Origin: a virus
Lineage: Duplodnaviria; Caudoviricetes
Length of the DNA: 40,533 nucleotides
IMG/VR virus record: IMGVR_UViG_3300020235_000173
Span: 1-40,533 of that record
Reading direction: 5' to 3' (one strand)
Shown: in pieces, positions 1 through 7,509 of the stretch
Position numbering within the stretch: position 1 is the first letter of the stretch
How the letters are laid out: every line of letters starts with the position of its first letter
Program-made: the position numbers and the translations under genes
Notes under the pieces: model-generated
Told to the model about the DNA's origin: nothing
Databases searched by the model: none
What the model saw: the letters and a program-made list of their open reading frames with translations, nothing else

Positions 1-138
1 CGGATAGCCTTGCGGCGACCACTGAACTGGTGAACCATCTCCGCAACCATCGTCGGCCATCGCCATGATGTCGGGATGCCACTCGCCGCAGACTTGGCAG
101 CAAGTCCCATCGAGCATGTCATCGGCTACCTCACCCAT
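1..138 (-). CDS. Small Cys-rich phage protein, runs off the window edge (not in ORF track)
   Basis: Manual translation from ATG 138: MGEVADDMLDGTCCQVCGEWHPD...GYP; CxxC motif; start overlaps the upstream stop (TAATG). Confidence 0.6.
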   Translation of the reverse strand, partial: MGEVADDMLDGTCCQVCGEWHPDIMAMADDGCGDGSPVQWSPQGYP

Positions 139-230
139 TAGCTGTACCTACCCCAGAAAATCCAAACTAAGCTGAACATTATGACGGCGAACAGCAGCCA
201 GGCGCCGCCATACAGCAGTACCTTACCCAT
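138..230 (-). CDS. 30-aa single-pass membrane peptide (not in ORF track)
   Basis: MGKVLLYGGAWLLFAVIMFSLVWIFWGRYS; fills the gap and overlaps both neighbouring genes. Confidence 0.55.
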   Translation of the reverse strand: MGKVLLYGGAWLLFAVIMFSLVWIFWGRYS

Positions 231-465
231 TGCTGACCCTCGCAATTCCGAATCGGCAGGCCTCGGCTCGGGCCACCGCCTTGTAGATGAACCACTTTTC
301 CATCATGTTGAATGCGCCATTTTGGGACGGATAGAAGTCAAGGCCGAGTAGGCCGTTACCGGTCCAGACCTGCTGGCCGGTCGGCTTATAGACGGCCGTG
401 TGGACACCGAATGCCCAGTTTTCGGGCTCCTCCTCGAGGAGCTGCAGGACGCGATCACAGTTCAT
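223..465 (-). CDS. Hypothetical phage protein (~80 aa, start revised to MNCDRV)
   Basis: 3' part of track ORF 223..597; ATG 465 is preceded by GGGGTGG and overlaps the end of the upstream 54-aa ORF. Confidence 0.6.
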   Translation of the reverse strand: MNCDRVLQLLEEEPENWAFGVHTAVYKPTGQQVWTGNGLLGLDFYPSQNGAFNMMEKWFIYKAVARAEACRFGIARVSNG

Positions 466-619
466 CGCGCCACCCCACTGGCTCCGATCCGTCATTCGGC
501 TCAAAGAGCAGGTCCGCTTTACCGCAGACGGAGCATTGAACGCCCCGAGTATATCGACCTCGAAACTCCGTGATCCATTGATGATCGTGCAAGCCAAGCA
601 ATCTGCGAATCCAGCTCAT
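455..619 (-). CDS. 54-aa putative Zn-ribbon protein (not in ORF track)
   Basis: MSWIRRLLGLHDHQW...VQCSVCGKA; HxH plus CxxC; ATGA overlap with the stop of 616..906. Confidence 0.6.
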   Translation of the reverse strand: MSWIRRLLGLHDHQWITEFRGRYTRGVQCSVCGKADLLFEPNDGSEPVGWRDEL

Positions 620-906
620 AGCTTTTGCAGGGCCTCGATGTGCTGGCCGACTGCCTCCTGCTGCGCCTGCAGAACGTCAATCTGGTGAAACAGCTCCTCG
701 ATATCTGAGCGCACCGGCTCGGGCGAGTCATCTGGCGGGCTTTCGTCAACGTGCTCGCCTAACAGGCGGCTCCGCAAGCCGCCGAGGATTTCCCGATGCC
801 CGCCCGTATTCCCGATGCACTGCCGCACCCGTTTGCTGGCGGCTTTCATTAAAGTCTCGGACTCTTTTGCCGTGCCTATTACTGATGTTGCCGTTTCATT
901 ACTCAT
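616..906 (-). CDS. Hypothetical protein with C-terminal coiled coil
   Basis: 96-aa ORF, AAGGGA upstream, ATGA-coupled to genes on both sides. Confidence 0.7.
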   Translation of the reverse strand: MSNETATSVIGTAKESETLMKAASKRVRQCIGNTGGHREILGGLRSRLLGEHVDESPPDDSPEPVRSDIEELFHQIDVLQAQQEAVGQHIEALQKL

Positions 907-1055
907 ACTGGTATCCCTTTTTTATGGGCCTGGGCCCGGATGTAATTTCGCAGATATTGAGACATTTTTACGCCGTCGAGCTGAGCAAGGCGCATCAGGG
1001 CCCTGTATTCCAGCGGGTCCATGCGGAACTGATATTTCTGGCCTTTGTTTCTCAT
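903..1055 (-). CDS. Ribbon-helix-helix (Arc/CopG-like) DNA-binding protein, 50 aa (not in ORF track)
   Basis: MRNKGQKYQFRMDPLEYRALMRLAQLDGVKMSQYLRNYIRAQAHKKGIPV: alternating strand YQFRM, helix, G-x-x-x-S turn, second helix; first gene after the divergent promoters; TGA overlaps ATG 906. Confidence 0.75.
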   Translation of the reverse strand: MRNKGQKYQFRMDPLEYRALMRLAQLDGVKMSQYLRNYIRAQAHKKGIPV

Positions 1056-1061
1056 TCAGGT

Positions 1062-1094
1062 AGTATGGACAAACGATGGACGTATGTCTATCGT
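1062..1094. promoter_or_regulatory. Superimposed divergent sigma70-type promoters
   Basis: Plus strand TGGACA(1066-71)-17 bp-TATCGT(1089-94); minus strand TAGACA(1090-85)-17 bp-CATACT(1067-62), ending 6 nt before ATG 1055. Confidence 0.65.
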
Positions 1095-1151
1095 ATGCGA
1101 GGAAAAAGTTCAATGCCAGATTCACAAAAACCAACCTACGAGGAACGCACC

Positions 1152-2189
1152 ATGAGCAACGAAATCCCCACGGACTATGACTCAGGCGATGCCGTCGCCA
1201 CAGCCCCCAAGCATGTGATCGAGTACAACATCACCGACGCCGCACTGGCCGAGCTGGCCGTGCGCCACAAGGATGTTGACGCCCACAAAGACTATGACAC
1301 CGCCAAGCTGGCGGCCAAGGAATGCCAGCAGCTCCGCAAGGGCCTCGAGGAGAAGCGCGTCGAGCTGAAAAAGGATGCCCTTGACTACGGGCGCGCCGTT
1401 GATGGCGAGGCCAACAGGATCAAGGCTGCCATCGTCAAGGTCGAGGACCCGATCAAGGATGGCATCAAGGCCGTCGATGATGCCGAGAAAATCAAGGAGG
1501 AGAAGCGTGTCATTGAGATCGAATCGAAGCTGGCGACACTGCGCGGCTACGGTCAGGAGACTGACGGCAAAACGCTGGCAGAGCTGCAGGAGTGGCAGGA
1601 ATTCCTGACTGGTGTGGAGATCACCGAGGATGAGTTTCAGGAGTTCCGCGAGCAGGCAGTCGGCGCCAAGGCCGAGAGCGAGAGCCGGCTACGCCTCGCC
1701 ATCGGACACAAGCAGGCCGCCGAGGAGGAAGCCGCCAAACTGGAGGAGCAGCGCAAGGCGCAGCAGGAGCAGCAGGACAAACTGGACGCACAGCAGGCCG
1801 AGATCGAGGAGGGCCAGTCCAAGCTGCGCGAGGCCCAAGAGGCCGCCGAGAAAAAGGCATTCGAGGCTGATCTCAAAGAGGGCAGGGAGGCCGCGGCCGA
1901 GCGCCAGAAGGAGCTGGACGCACAGCAGGCTGAGATCGACAAGCAGAAAGCCGAGCGTGAGGAGCTGGAGCGTGAGGAGCGAGAAAAAGCAGAGGCCGAG
2001 GCAGCGACAGCCCGATCAGCGGAGCTGGCGCCCGATAAAGATAAACTCGAAAGGCTGGCCAAAATAATCGATGCGACCGAGCTGCCCACGGTTGCATCGC
2101 AACAAGCAGAGGATGTGCTGAGCTACGTGAAATCGGAACTCAAAGCGATAGCCGACAACATCCGACACTACGCAGGAGAATTAAAATGA
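1152..2189 (+). CDS. Long coiled-coil early phage protein (DUF1351-like), 345 aa
   Basis: Start revised to ATG 1152 after GAGGA; E/K/Q/A-rich heptads; adjacent to the recombination genes. Confidence 0.75.
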   Translation: MSNEIPTDYDSGDAVATAPKHVIEYNITDAALAELAVRHKDVDAHKDYDTAKLAAKECQQLRKGLEEKRVELKKDALDYGRAVDGEANRIKAAIVKVEDPIKDGIKAVDDAEKIKEEKRVIEIESKLATLRGYGQETDGKTLAELQEWQEFLTGVEITEDEFQEFREQAVGAKAESESRLRLAIGHKQAAEEEAAKLEEQRKAQQEQQDKLDAQQAEIEEGQSKLREAQEAAEKKAFEADLKEGREAAAERQKELDAQQAEIDKQKAEREELEREEREKAEAEAATARSAELAPDKDKLERLAKIIDATELPTVASQQAEDVLSYVKSELKAIADNIRHYAGELK

Positions 2190-3043
2190 CTGACGAACCC
2201 GGCACTTACACGCCAGCCGAAAACCAAATCCTTCAAGCCGTTGAGCCGCTAAAAAAACGGCTCAATGTCATGGAGTCATACATCGAGGAACATAAATACC
2301 TGATCACCAAGCACGACCAGTTGTACAAGGCACTGGCCTTGGCTCAGGGTAGCATCGAGGCTGCCAAGGCAGAGCAAGAGGCCGACATGGGCACCTACAA
2401 GTACAGGTATGCCGATCTGGCAGCCTGCCTTGACGTTATCCGTATCCCACTGGCAGAGAACGGGCTGTGCCTGATCCAGATACCCTCGATCAATGGCACT
2501 GAGGTAAAAATCGAAACGGTGCTCGGCCATGAATCCGGGCAGTCAATCTCATGCGCCATGTCGATGCAGTCTGAGAAAGGCAGCCCCCAGGCTATCGGCG
2601 CCGTAATGACATATCTCAGGCGCTACAGCCTGTGCTCCCTGATTGGTGTCGCCCAGTTTGACGACGATGCCGCCAGCGCCACCAAGGGCCCGGAGGAGTA
2701 TGACCGGCTCACACCACGCGACATCGATGAACTGCTGCAGAAGGCCGACGAGCTGTTCGGTGAGAAAGCAGATTTTGTGCTCGAGCAAATGACGACGCTG
2801 GTGTTTAACGTGAAACATCTGGCTGATGTGCCGGCCGACCAGCTCAAGACGGCGCTCAATCGCCTGCAGAATACCGCCAAGCGTGAGGCCAAGAAGGCCG
2901 CTGATGCTGATAAGTCGCCAGTTGCAGAGCCCAAGCCGAAGGCCAAGCCGAAAGCCGGCCAGACCGTCAAGACTGCCGGCCCGGTCGAGCTGAATAAGAC
3001 GGAGGATCGAGAGCCCGGATCGGACGACGACAAAGGTGGCTGA
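2186..3043 (+). CDS. erf: ERF-family single-strand annealing protein
   Basis: Motifs YKYRYADL, L-x-ENGL, ETVLGHESGQ and GAVMTYLRRYSL...G...DDDA; acidic/flexible C-terminus. Confidence 0.9.
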   Translation: MTDEPGTYTPAENQILQAVEPLKKRLNVMESYIEEHKYLITKHDQLYKALALAQGSIEAAKAEQEADMGTYKYRYADLAACLDVIRIPLAENGLCLIQIPSINGTEVKIETVLGHESGQSISCAMSMQSEKGSPQAIGAVMTYLRRYSLCSLIGVAQFDDDAASATKGPEEYDRLTPRDIDELLQKADELFGEKADFVLEQMTTLVFNVKHLADVPADQLKTALNRLQNTAKREAKKAADADKSPVAEPKPKAKPKAGQTVKTAGPVELNKTEDREPGSDDDKGG

Positions 3044-3314
3044 GCACGATTTCATCGAGATTGAGACTGTCTTTTTCGGCAGGGTCAGGATGACGATTGA
3101 CAGCATTCCCCTCCACTGGCCGCCGCCTGAATTCATCGTGTTTGATGGTCAGTTTGTACGCGAGGCCAACAAAGATGATCCGAAGGCAGACCTGTTTCAG
3201 CGGCACTCTATGTCGAATCTGACCGACAAGCAGATGGAGAGCTGCCCGAACGTCGCGCGGGGCGCAGCCTATGGCTACGTGATGCCGCTCGATGTGGATT
3301 TTGGCCGTGACTGA
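3036..3314 (+). CDS. Hypothetical phage protein
   Basis: 92-aa ORF overlapping both neighbours. Confidence 0.65.
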   Translation: MAEHDFIEIETVFFGRVRMTIDSIPLHWPPPEFIVFDGQFVREANKDDPKADLFQRHSMSNLTDKQMESCPNVARGAAYGYVMPLDVDFGRD

Positions 3315-3748
3315 TGAATAACAAAGTAGTCCCGCTGTTCCCAGATGAGCCTACCTTTGGCGATCCTGACAATGTCACTGGCAAGTACATTCTGGTTGAT
3401 CGAGTGCCCGTACCATGCCCGGACCTGATGAAGTGGGGCCGGTTCATGGAGGAAGCCGACCGCCATGTTGCTGTGACGATGGTCGATGGCATCCGTGTAT
3501 CCACGGTGTTCCTTGGCCTCGATCATGGCTGGTGCGACGGCCCGCCGGTGCTGTTTGAGACAATGATTTTCGGCGGTGAGCACGACCAAGATTATCAGGA
3601 GCGGTGCTGCACATGGGCAGAGGCCGAGGCGATGCACAAGAAAGCAGTCAAGGCGGCCAAAGCTGGTAAGAAAGCACCGAGCTACGAGTGGTCGCAGCGG
3701 ATCAAGTCGAAATCGTGGCGTAAATTTATGAAACGATGGAGGCCCTGA
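3314..3748 (+). CDS. Conserved hypothetical phage protein
   Basis: Motif VSTVFLGLDH...PVLFETMIFGG...TWAEAEAMH, which I recognise from other phage proteins; TGATG coupling. Confidence 0.8.
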   Translation: MNNKVVPLFPDEPTFGDPDNVTGKYILVDRVPVPCPDLMKWGRFMEEADRHVAVTMVDGIRVSTVFLGLDHGWCDGPPVLFETMIFGGEHDQDYQERCCTWAEAEAMHKKAVKAAKAGKKAPSYEWSQRIKSKSWRKFMKRWRP

Positions 3749-4420
3749 ATGGAGTGCCGGGTAGTTCAGGTCGAGCAGGGGTCTGACGAGTGGCTGGACA
3801 TGCGGCGCACCCGGATCACGGCCTCCTGCCTGCACAAGGTCATGGCCAAGAAAGACACCAAGGCCTACACCAAGTACATGCAGGAGATCGTGCTCGAGCT
3901 GCTCGGGCACAAGAACGTCGAGGAGTCGCCAGAGTGGGCCCGTGAGGGCCGTGAGCATGAGCCCAAGGCCTTGGCAGGCTACCAGTGGCGATTCGAGCAG
4001 AAGCTCGAGCACGATATATTCCTGATCCACAAAAAGTATGACTGGCTGGCGGCCTCGCCTGATTTCCTGCATGTCACCGCCGACAACCAGTACGACGAGG
4101 GCGGCGAGATGAAAATTCGCAAGCTGTACAAAAACTATCGCAAGATAGTGGCCGACGCCGACCTCTACAAGGGCACGATCCGGTGCATCCCCGCGGCCGA
4201 CCGGCATCAGGTTCAGGGTGCGATGTGGCTGACCGGCTATGCTTTCTGGTGGTACGTCAATTATTATATCGGTGAGGATCTCGAGGGCGGCAAGGTACAG
4301 AAGATTCACCGCATCCCGGTGCCCCGCGATCAGGAATTGATCGAGCGCATGGAGGAACGCAGCATCGAATTCATGAAGCAATGTTACGAGCGAGCGGAGC
4401 TGGAATATGAGTCAAGATAA
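3749..4420 (+). CDS. YqaJ / lambda-exonuclease family protein
   Basis: EQGSDEWLDMR..RITAS, GREHEPKA, LAASPD, EMK, QVQGAMW motifs. Confidence 0.9.
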   Translation: MECRVVQVEQGSDEWLDMRRTRITASCLHKVMAKKDTKAYTKYMQEIVLELLGHKNVEESPEWAREGREHEPKALAGYQWRFEQKLEHDIFLIHKKYDWLAASPDFLHVTADNQYDEGGEMKIRKLYKNYRKIVADADLYKGTIRCIPAADRHQVQGAMWLTGYAFWWYVNYYIGEDLEGGKVQKIHRIPVPRDQELIERMEERSIEFMKQCYERAELEYESR

Positions 4421-4661
4421 ACCTGACGCTGATGACGGACTGGTGCGCATCCATCTGGAGCCCTGCCCGTGCGGGCAGACGCCGACGATGCTGATGGTCG
4501 AGCTGGAGAATTCCAAGAAGCGAGGCCACACATTCGGAGACTGCTGCGGCGAATGGCTGGTCGAGTTCAGCAACAATTACAACGTGGACAGAGATAAGAT
4601 GGCAGCGAAAGCCAAGGCCGCATGGAACCGTGCGCCGAGGTCTGATCCAGTTTCCTCGTAG
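4407..4661 (+). CDS. Lar-like (restriction alleviation) Zn-finger protein
   Basis: LEPCPCG...DCCG...AKAAWNR pattern; sits after the annealase and exonuclease. Confidence 0.55.
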   Translation: MSQDKPDADDGLVRIHLEPCPCGQTPTMLMVELENSKKRGHTFGDCCGEWLVEFSNNYNVDRDKMAAKAKAAWNRAPRSDPVSS

Positions 4662-4704
4662 GGAACCGGCACCCGCCAGCCGGCTGCAAAATGGTGGGAG
4701 GAAG

Positions 4705-4730
4705 GGGCGCATACCTGCGCCCTTTTTTTT
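4705..4730 (+). terminator. Rho-independent terminator of the early rightward operon
   Basis: GGGCGCA-TACC-TGCGCCC followed by T8. Confidence 0.9.
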
Positions 4731-4821
4731 GCGCAAAGGTGGTCCCGGTCACATTAGGAACGTAGTGACTTCGGCCGATGGTCAGGCCAAAAATACACGC
4801 AAGTCTATGAAAAATCAGGGA

Positions 4822-4830
4822 TGTTATACT
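4822..4830 (+). promoter_or_regulatory. Extended -10 promoter for the 72-aa ORF
   Basis: TGTTATACT (TGn-TATACT); no good -35 element. Confidence 0.5.
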
Positions 4831-4899
4831 ATGTGGGCAGTAAAAACCCCGGCATAGGGCCGGGGCTGTGTTCTGGGTACCCATCTTGGAGAAAGTGAA

Positions 4900-5118
4900 A
4901 TGTACCACTCAACGGGTAAGCCAAGTGTAGCAAAATTCCGCGCTCGCTTGGAAGTAATTAGGAAGGCGTCAGTATCCGGGCTCGAGTTTGCTGAGCACTG
5001 GAATCCTAAAGGCCGCTACTACGATACGAGATTTCAGATGATGAAATTTTTCGGAGCGAATATCCAAATCTGTGACGGCCTGCTACGTCATATCAATGCC
5101 GGGAGGAGACGGCAATAG
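4900..5118 (+). CDS. Stand-alone 72-aa basic hypothetical protein
   Basis: GGAGA upstream of the ATG; has its own candidate promoter and terminator. Confidence 0.6.
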   Translation: MYHSTGKPSVAKFRARLEVIRKASVSGLEFAEHWNPKGRYYDTRFQMMKFFGANIQICDGLLRHINAGRRRQ

Positions 5119-5125
5119 GAAACGG

Positions 5126-5147
5126 GGCCGCCTCCGGGCGGCCTTTT
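5126..5147 (+). terminator. Terminator at the early/late convergence point
   Basis: GGCCGCC-TCCG-GGCGGCC-TTTT between convergent stops at 5118 and 5147. Confidence 0.75.
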
Positions 5148-5443
5148 CACGGGTCATTCGGATCGCGACCCAGGAGCACCGCAAAGGCCTGCTCGACCCG
5201 GTCCTTGTTGTCCTCGATGTTGTCCTTGTTGGCGCTCACGCCTGCAGTATTCAGCGCGGCGACCTTGTCCATTGACACGATCTTGGTATCAGTGCCGAGA
5301 TCCTGAGCCTCCAACGCCAATGCGACATTGACTGAGACGCGCCACTCCATCAGCACCCCGCCGATCAAGATAAGCACCGTGGCCAGCGCAGCAAGGCCGC
5401 CAATCAATCCCTTGAATTCCTTGAGCTGCTCCACCGTAGTCAT
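5147..5443 (-). CDS. Single-TM membrane protein with coiled coil
   Basis: TM segment LIGGLAALATVLILIGGVLM; last gene of the late region. Confidence 0.7.
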   Translation of the reverse strand: MTTVEQLKEFKGLIGGLAALATVLILIGGVLMEWRVSVNVALALEAQDLGTDTKIVSMDKVAALNTAGVSANKDNIEDNKDRVEQAFAVLLGRDPNDP

Positions 5444-6156
5444 TTTTCCGGCTCCCCTTTGTCACCCTTGATGATCTGCCACGCCTGCTCGAGCTGCTCC
5501 TCGCTGATCCGCGGCTCGGCCTGTACATAGACAGGCTCGGGCCGCTGCGCGAGCCGTGCCTCGTACTGCTCCAGCCGATCACTCAGGATGGCCTGCTCCT
5601 GCAGCACCAGCGTCAGCTTAGTGTCGTGGCGCTGCTCGGACTCCTGATGCTCGTCAAAGCGGGCCGCCTGATTGTACAGCTCGGTGAGCTGCGGTGACTC
5701 GATGGCCTCATGATTGACGGTGTTGGCCTGCAGGCAAGCGTAGTCAGTCTCGAAATGTGATCGGATCACAGGGATATCGCAGCGCATCAGCGCGCCCATG
5801 TCCCACAGCCCCTTGCTATCGAATACCTCGCCCATGCACCACAGATTGTAGTCGTAGCCCTGCCAGCTCACGATGAATGTGCCGGTCTGCTTGCTGACGA
5901 TGCACTGGTTGATGTCAACGTCGCCCAGTGCATGCGAGAACCCATATGCCCGCGAGGAAAATGAGCTGCCGGCAATGTCGGTGTTTACATCGCCGCCGGT
6001 CACATTGGTCGTGACATCAGTGGTGACATCGGTGACCACATCGACATTGGGCCCGCGCTCATCGTCGCTGCCCCAGGCCATCGGAGGACCGACTACCAGC
6101 CCCACCATCAGTGCCGCCAGCAAAAAGAAAATCAGTTTCCATCGATTCAAAGTCAT
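5440..6156 (-). CDS. Secreted/membrane-anchored Cys-containing protein with C-terminal coiled coil
   Basis: Signal-peptide-like N-terminus ending AWG; VTTD repeats; four Cys; ATGA coupling. Confidence 0.75.
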   Translation of the reverse strand: MTLNRWKLIFFLLAALMVGLVVGPPMAWGSDDERGPNVDVVTDVTTDVTTNVTGGDVNTDIAGSSFSSRAYGFSHALGDVDINQCIVSKQTGTFIVSWQGYDYNLWCMGEVFDSKGLWDMGALMRCDIPVIRSHFETDYACLQANTVNHEAIESPQLTELYNQAARFDEHQESEQRHDTKLTLVLQEQAILSDRLEQYEARLAQRPEPVYVQAEPRISEEQLEQAWQIIKGDKGEPEK

Positions 6157-6584
6157 AGCGCTAACCCCGCCGCCAGTAAGAGAATCAAACCATTGCGCAG
6201 CATGTTATCCATCAGGTGATCCTGCCGCTCCTGCTCGAGTGACTCCTCGCGAACCTCCATCCAGATGCCGGCATAGCGGGCGCACTCTATCAGCTCATTA
6301 ACTTCGGTGTTGCGGGCCTCGAGCGCTGCAGCATTCTCCGAGGCGACACGCTCATTGGTCACTGCAGCCACACGTAGCTGCGTGAGCTGCACGATGCCAT
6401 CCCGGTCGAAGGTCGCACTGGCATCGGTACGCGAGGTCTCTAAGGGCATCTCAGGGACACTCACAGGCTGGCCGACTTCGGGGGAGGGCCCCGGAATCTC
6501 GCAGGTCGGCAGCTCAGTCGGGGTGGTACTACAGGCCGTCAACAGGCTTGCGCCAAGAATCCAGCAGCTCAGCCATCGATTCAT
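6153..6584 (-). CDS. Lipoprotein, spanin-like (o-spanin or unimolecular-type)
   Basis: Lipobox LLTA-C18, Pro-rich linker, coiled coil and hydrophobic C-terminus GLILLLAAGLAL; lies in the lysis module. Confidence 0.65.
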   Translation of the reverse strand: MNRWLSCWILGASLLTACSTTPTELPTCEIPGPSPEVGQPVSVPEMPLETSRTDASATFDRDGIVQLTQLRVAAVTNERVASENAAALEARNTEVNELIECARYAGIWMEVREESLEQERQDHLMDNMLRNGLILLLAAGLAL

Positions 6585-6825
6585 TATTCGCTCCTACCCG
6601 GTCCATGATTTTCTTGCCCTGCTTGCCGGCCACCACCGCATTGAGCTGGTGCATGTCGGCCTTGATGCCTGCCAGATGCGCCTTGGCCTTGGCCCTGCCT
6701 GACCCCTCGCGGATCAGATCGTCGCGCTGCTTGCTGACCTTCTTTACTGCCCGCTCAGGCCCGCCGAGAATCCAGAAGGCCAGCAGGGCCAGCCCGCCGG
6801 CCGCAGCATACAGCCACGTTTTCAC
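6529..6825 (-). CDS. Putative inner-membrane spanin-like protein
   Basis: N-terminal TM (WLYAAAGGLALLAFWILG) then a helical region; overlaps the downstream lipoprotein gene. Confidence 0.55.
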   Translation of the reverse strand: MKTWLYAAAGGLALLAFWILGGPERAVKKVSKQRDDLIREGSGRAKAKAHLAGIKADMHQLNAVVAGKQGKKIMDRVGANNESMAELLDSWRKPVDGL

Positions 6826-7079
6826 TTGGCGACACCGCCGAGGCTGTTCGCCATGTAGCCGACCATGAATGACGAGGCGTAGCTCAGCTCACCGACAGCC
6901 ATCAGCCCGAGGAAGCCACCGACCCCGGCCATGGCCGTGAGGATGGTGCGATACGGGTACTTGGTCAGCCAGTCCTTGAGCTGGTAGTCCTCATCGGTTG
7001 CGCGGACCTCCACCACTTTCTTGATGATGTGCGTGGCGGTGCCTGCGAGCAGTGCGATTATCAGCAACACGGTTTCCAT
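6822..7079 (-). CDS. Putative holin
   Basis: 85 aa with 2-3 hydrophobic segments; strong AAAGGGAG RBS; lies between the endolysin and spanin-like genes. Confidence 0.65.
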   Translation of the reverse strand: METVLLIIALLAGTATHIIKKVVEVRATDEDYQLKDWLTKYPYRTILTAMAGVGGFLGLMAVGELSYASSFMVGYMANSLGGVAK

Positions 7080-7092
7080 ATCGATCTCCCTT

Positions 7093-7404
7093 TCAACTCA
7101 GTACCACATTGACTCCGGTCACTACGCCAGGGGGCGTGTCGTCGGGCACTGTGAACGGCTCATCATGAGCCGCGCCTCTTAAGCCTGCAGTGTCGATGCA
7201 GACCAAGGTAAAAATCCAGTCACCGATCTCGAGATCAGGCACCAGCAGCTCGAGGGTGTCAGGCGGCACTACGGCCAGCACTGACGAGGGTGCGCCGGCA
7301 ATCGCGAGCGATACCTCCTCACCCTGAATCTCGGCAGGGTCCAGCGACTTGCCACTGCCCCGGACGGTCGGCAATACCCAGTGAACGGTTGCATTCATGG
7401 TCAT
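7093..7404 (-). CDS. Fibronectin type III-like protein
   Basis: ATVHWVLP (strand B Trp), LLVPDLEIGDWIFTLVCIDTAG (E-F strands), C-terminal PPGVVTGVNV. Confidence 0.7.
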   Translation of the reverse strand: MTMNATVHWVLPTVRGSGKSLDPAEIQGEEVSLAIAGAPSSVLAVVPPDTLELLVPDLEIGDWIFTLVCIDTAGLRGAAHDEPFTVPDDTPPGVVTGVNVVLS

Positions 7405-7407
7405 GAT

Positions 7408-7509
7408 TTACTCCGTGAGTTCGACCTCAACATCTGTGACCGGGCCCGGCGGGTCGCCGCAGAACCAGCCGAACCAGCGACACAGCAATGCCTTTATCCT
7501 TACGAGCAA
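7408..7509 (-). CDS. 33-aa mini-ORF carrying an FN3 A-strand-like peptide (not in ORF track)
   Basis: TTG start after GGTGGT; MLVRIKALLCRWFGWFCGDPPGPVTDVEVELTE; fills the intergenic gap and is in frame with 7093..7404. Confidence 0.55.
   Translation of the reverse strand: MLVRIKALLCRWFGWFCGDPPGPVTDVEVELTE

Noticed and set aside
867-1151. N-terminal 95 codons of the 440-aa track ORF
   Set aside because: Overlaps the RHH gene and the divergent promoters; the RBS supports ATG 1152.
3275-4381. 368-aa minus-strand ORF
   Set aside because: Antisense to the well-supported YqaJ and conserved hypothetical genes.
4662-4899. tRNA or attachment site in the intergenic region
   Set aside because: No cloverleaf or T-loop consensus and no integrase in the window; terminator and promoter elements explain the region.
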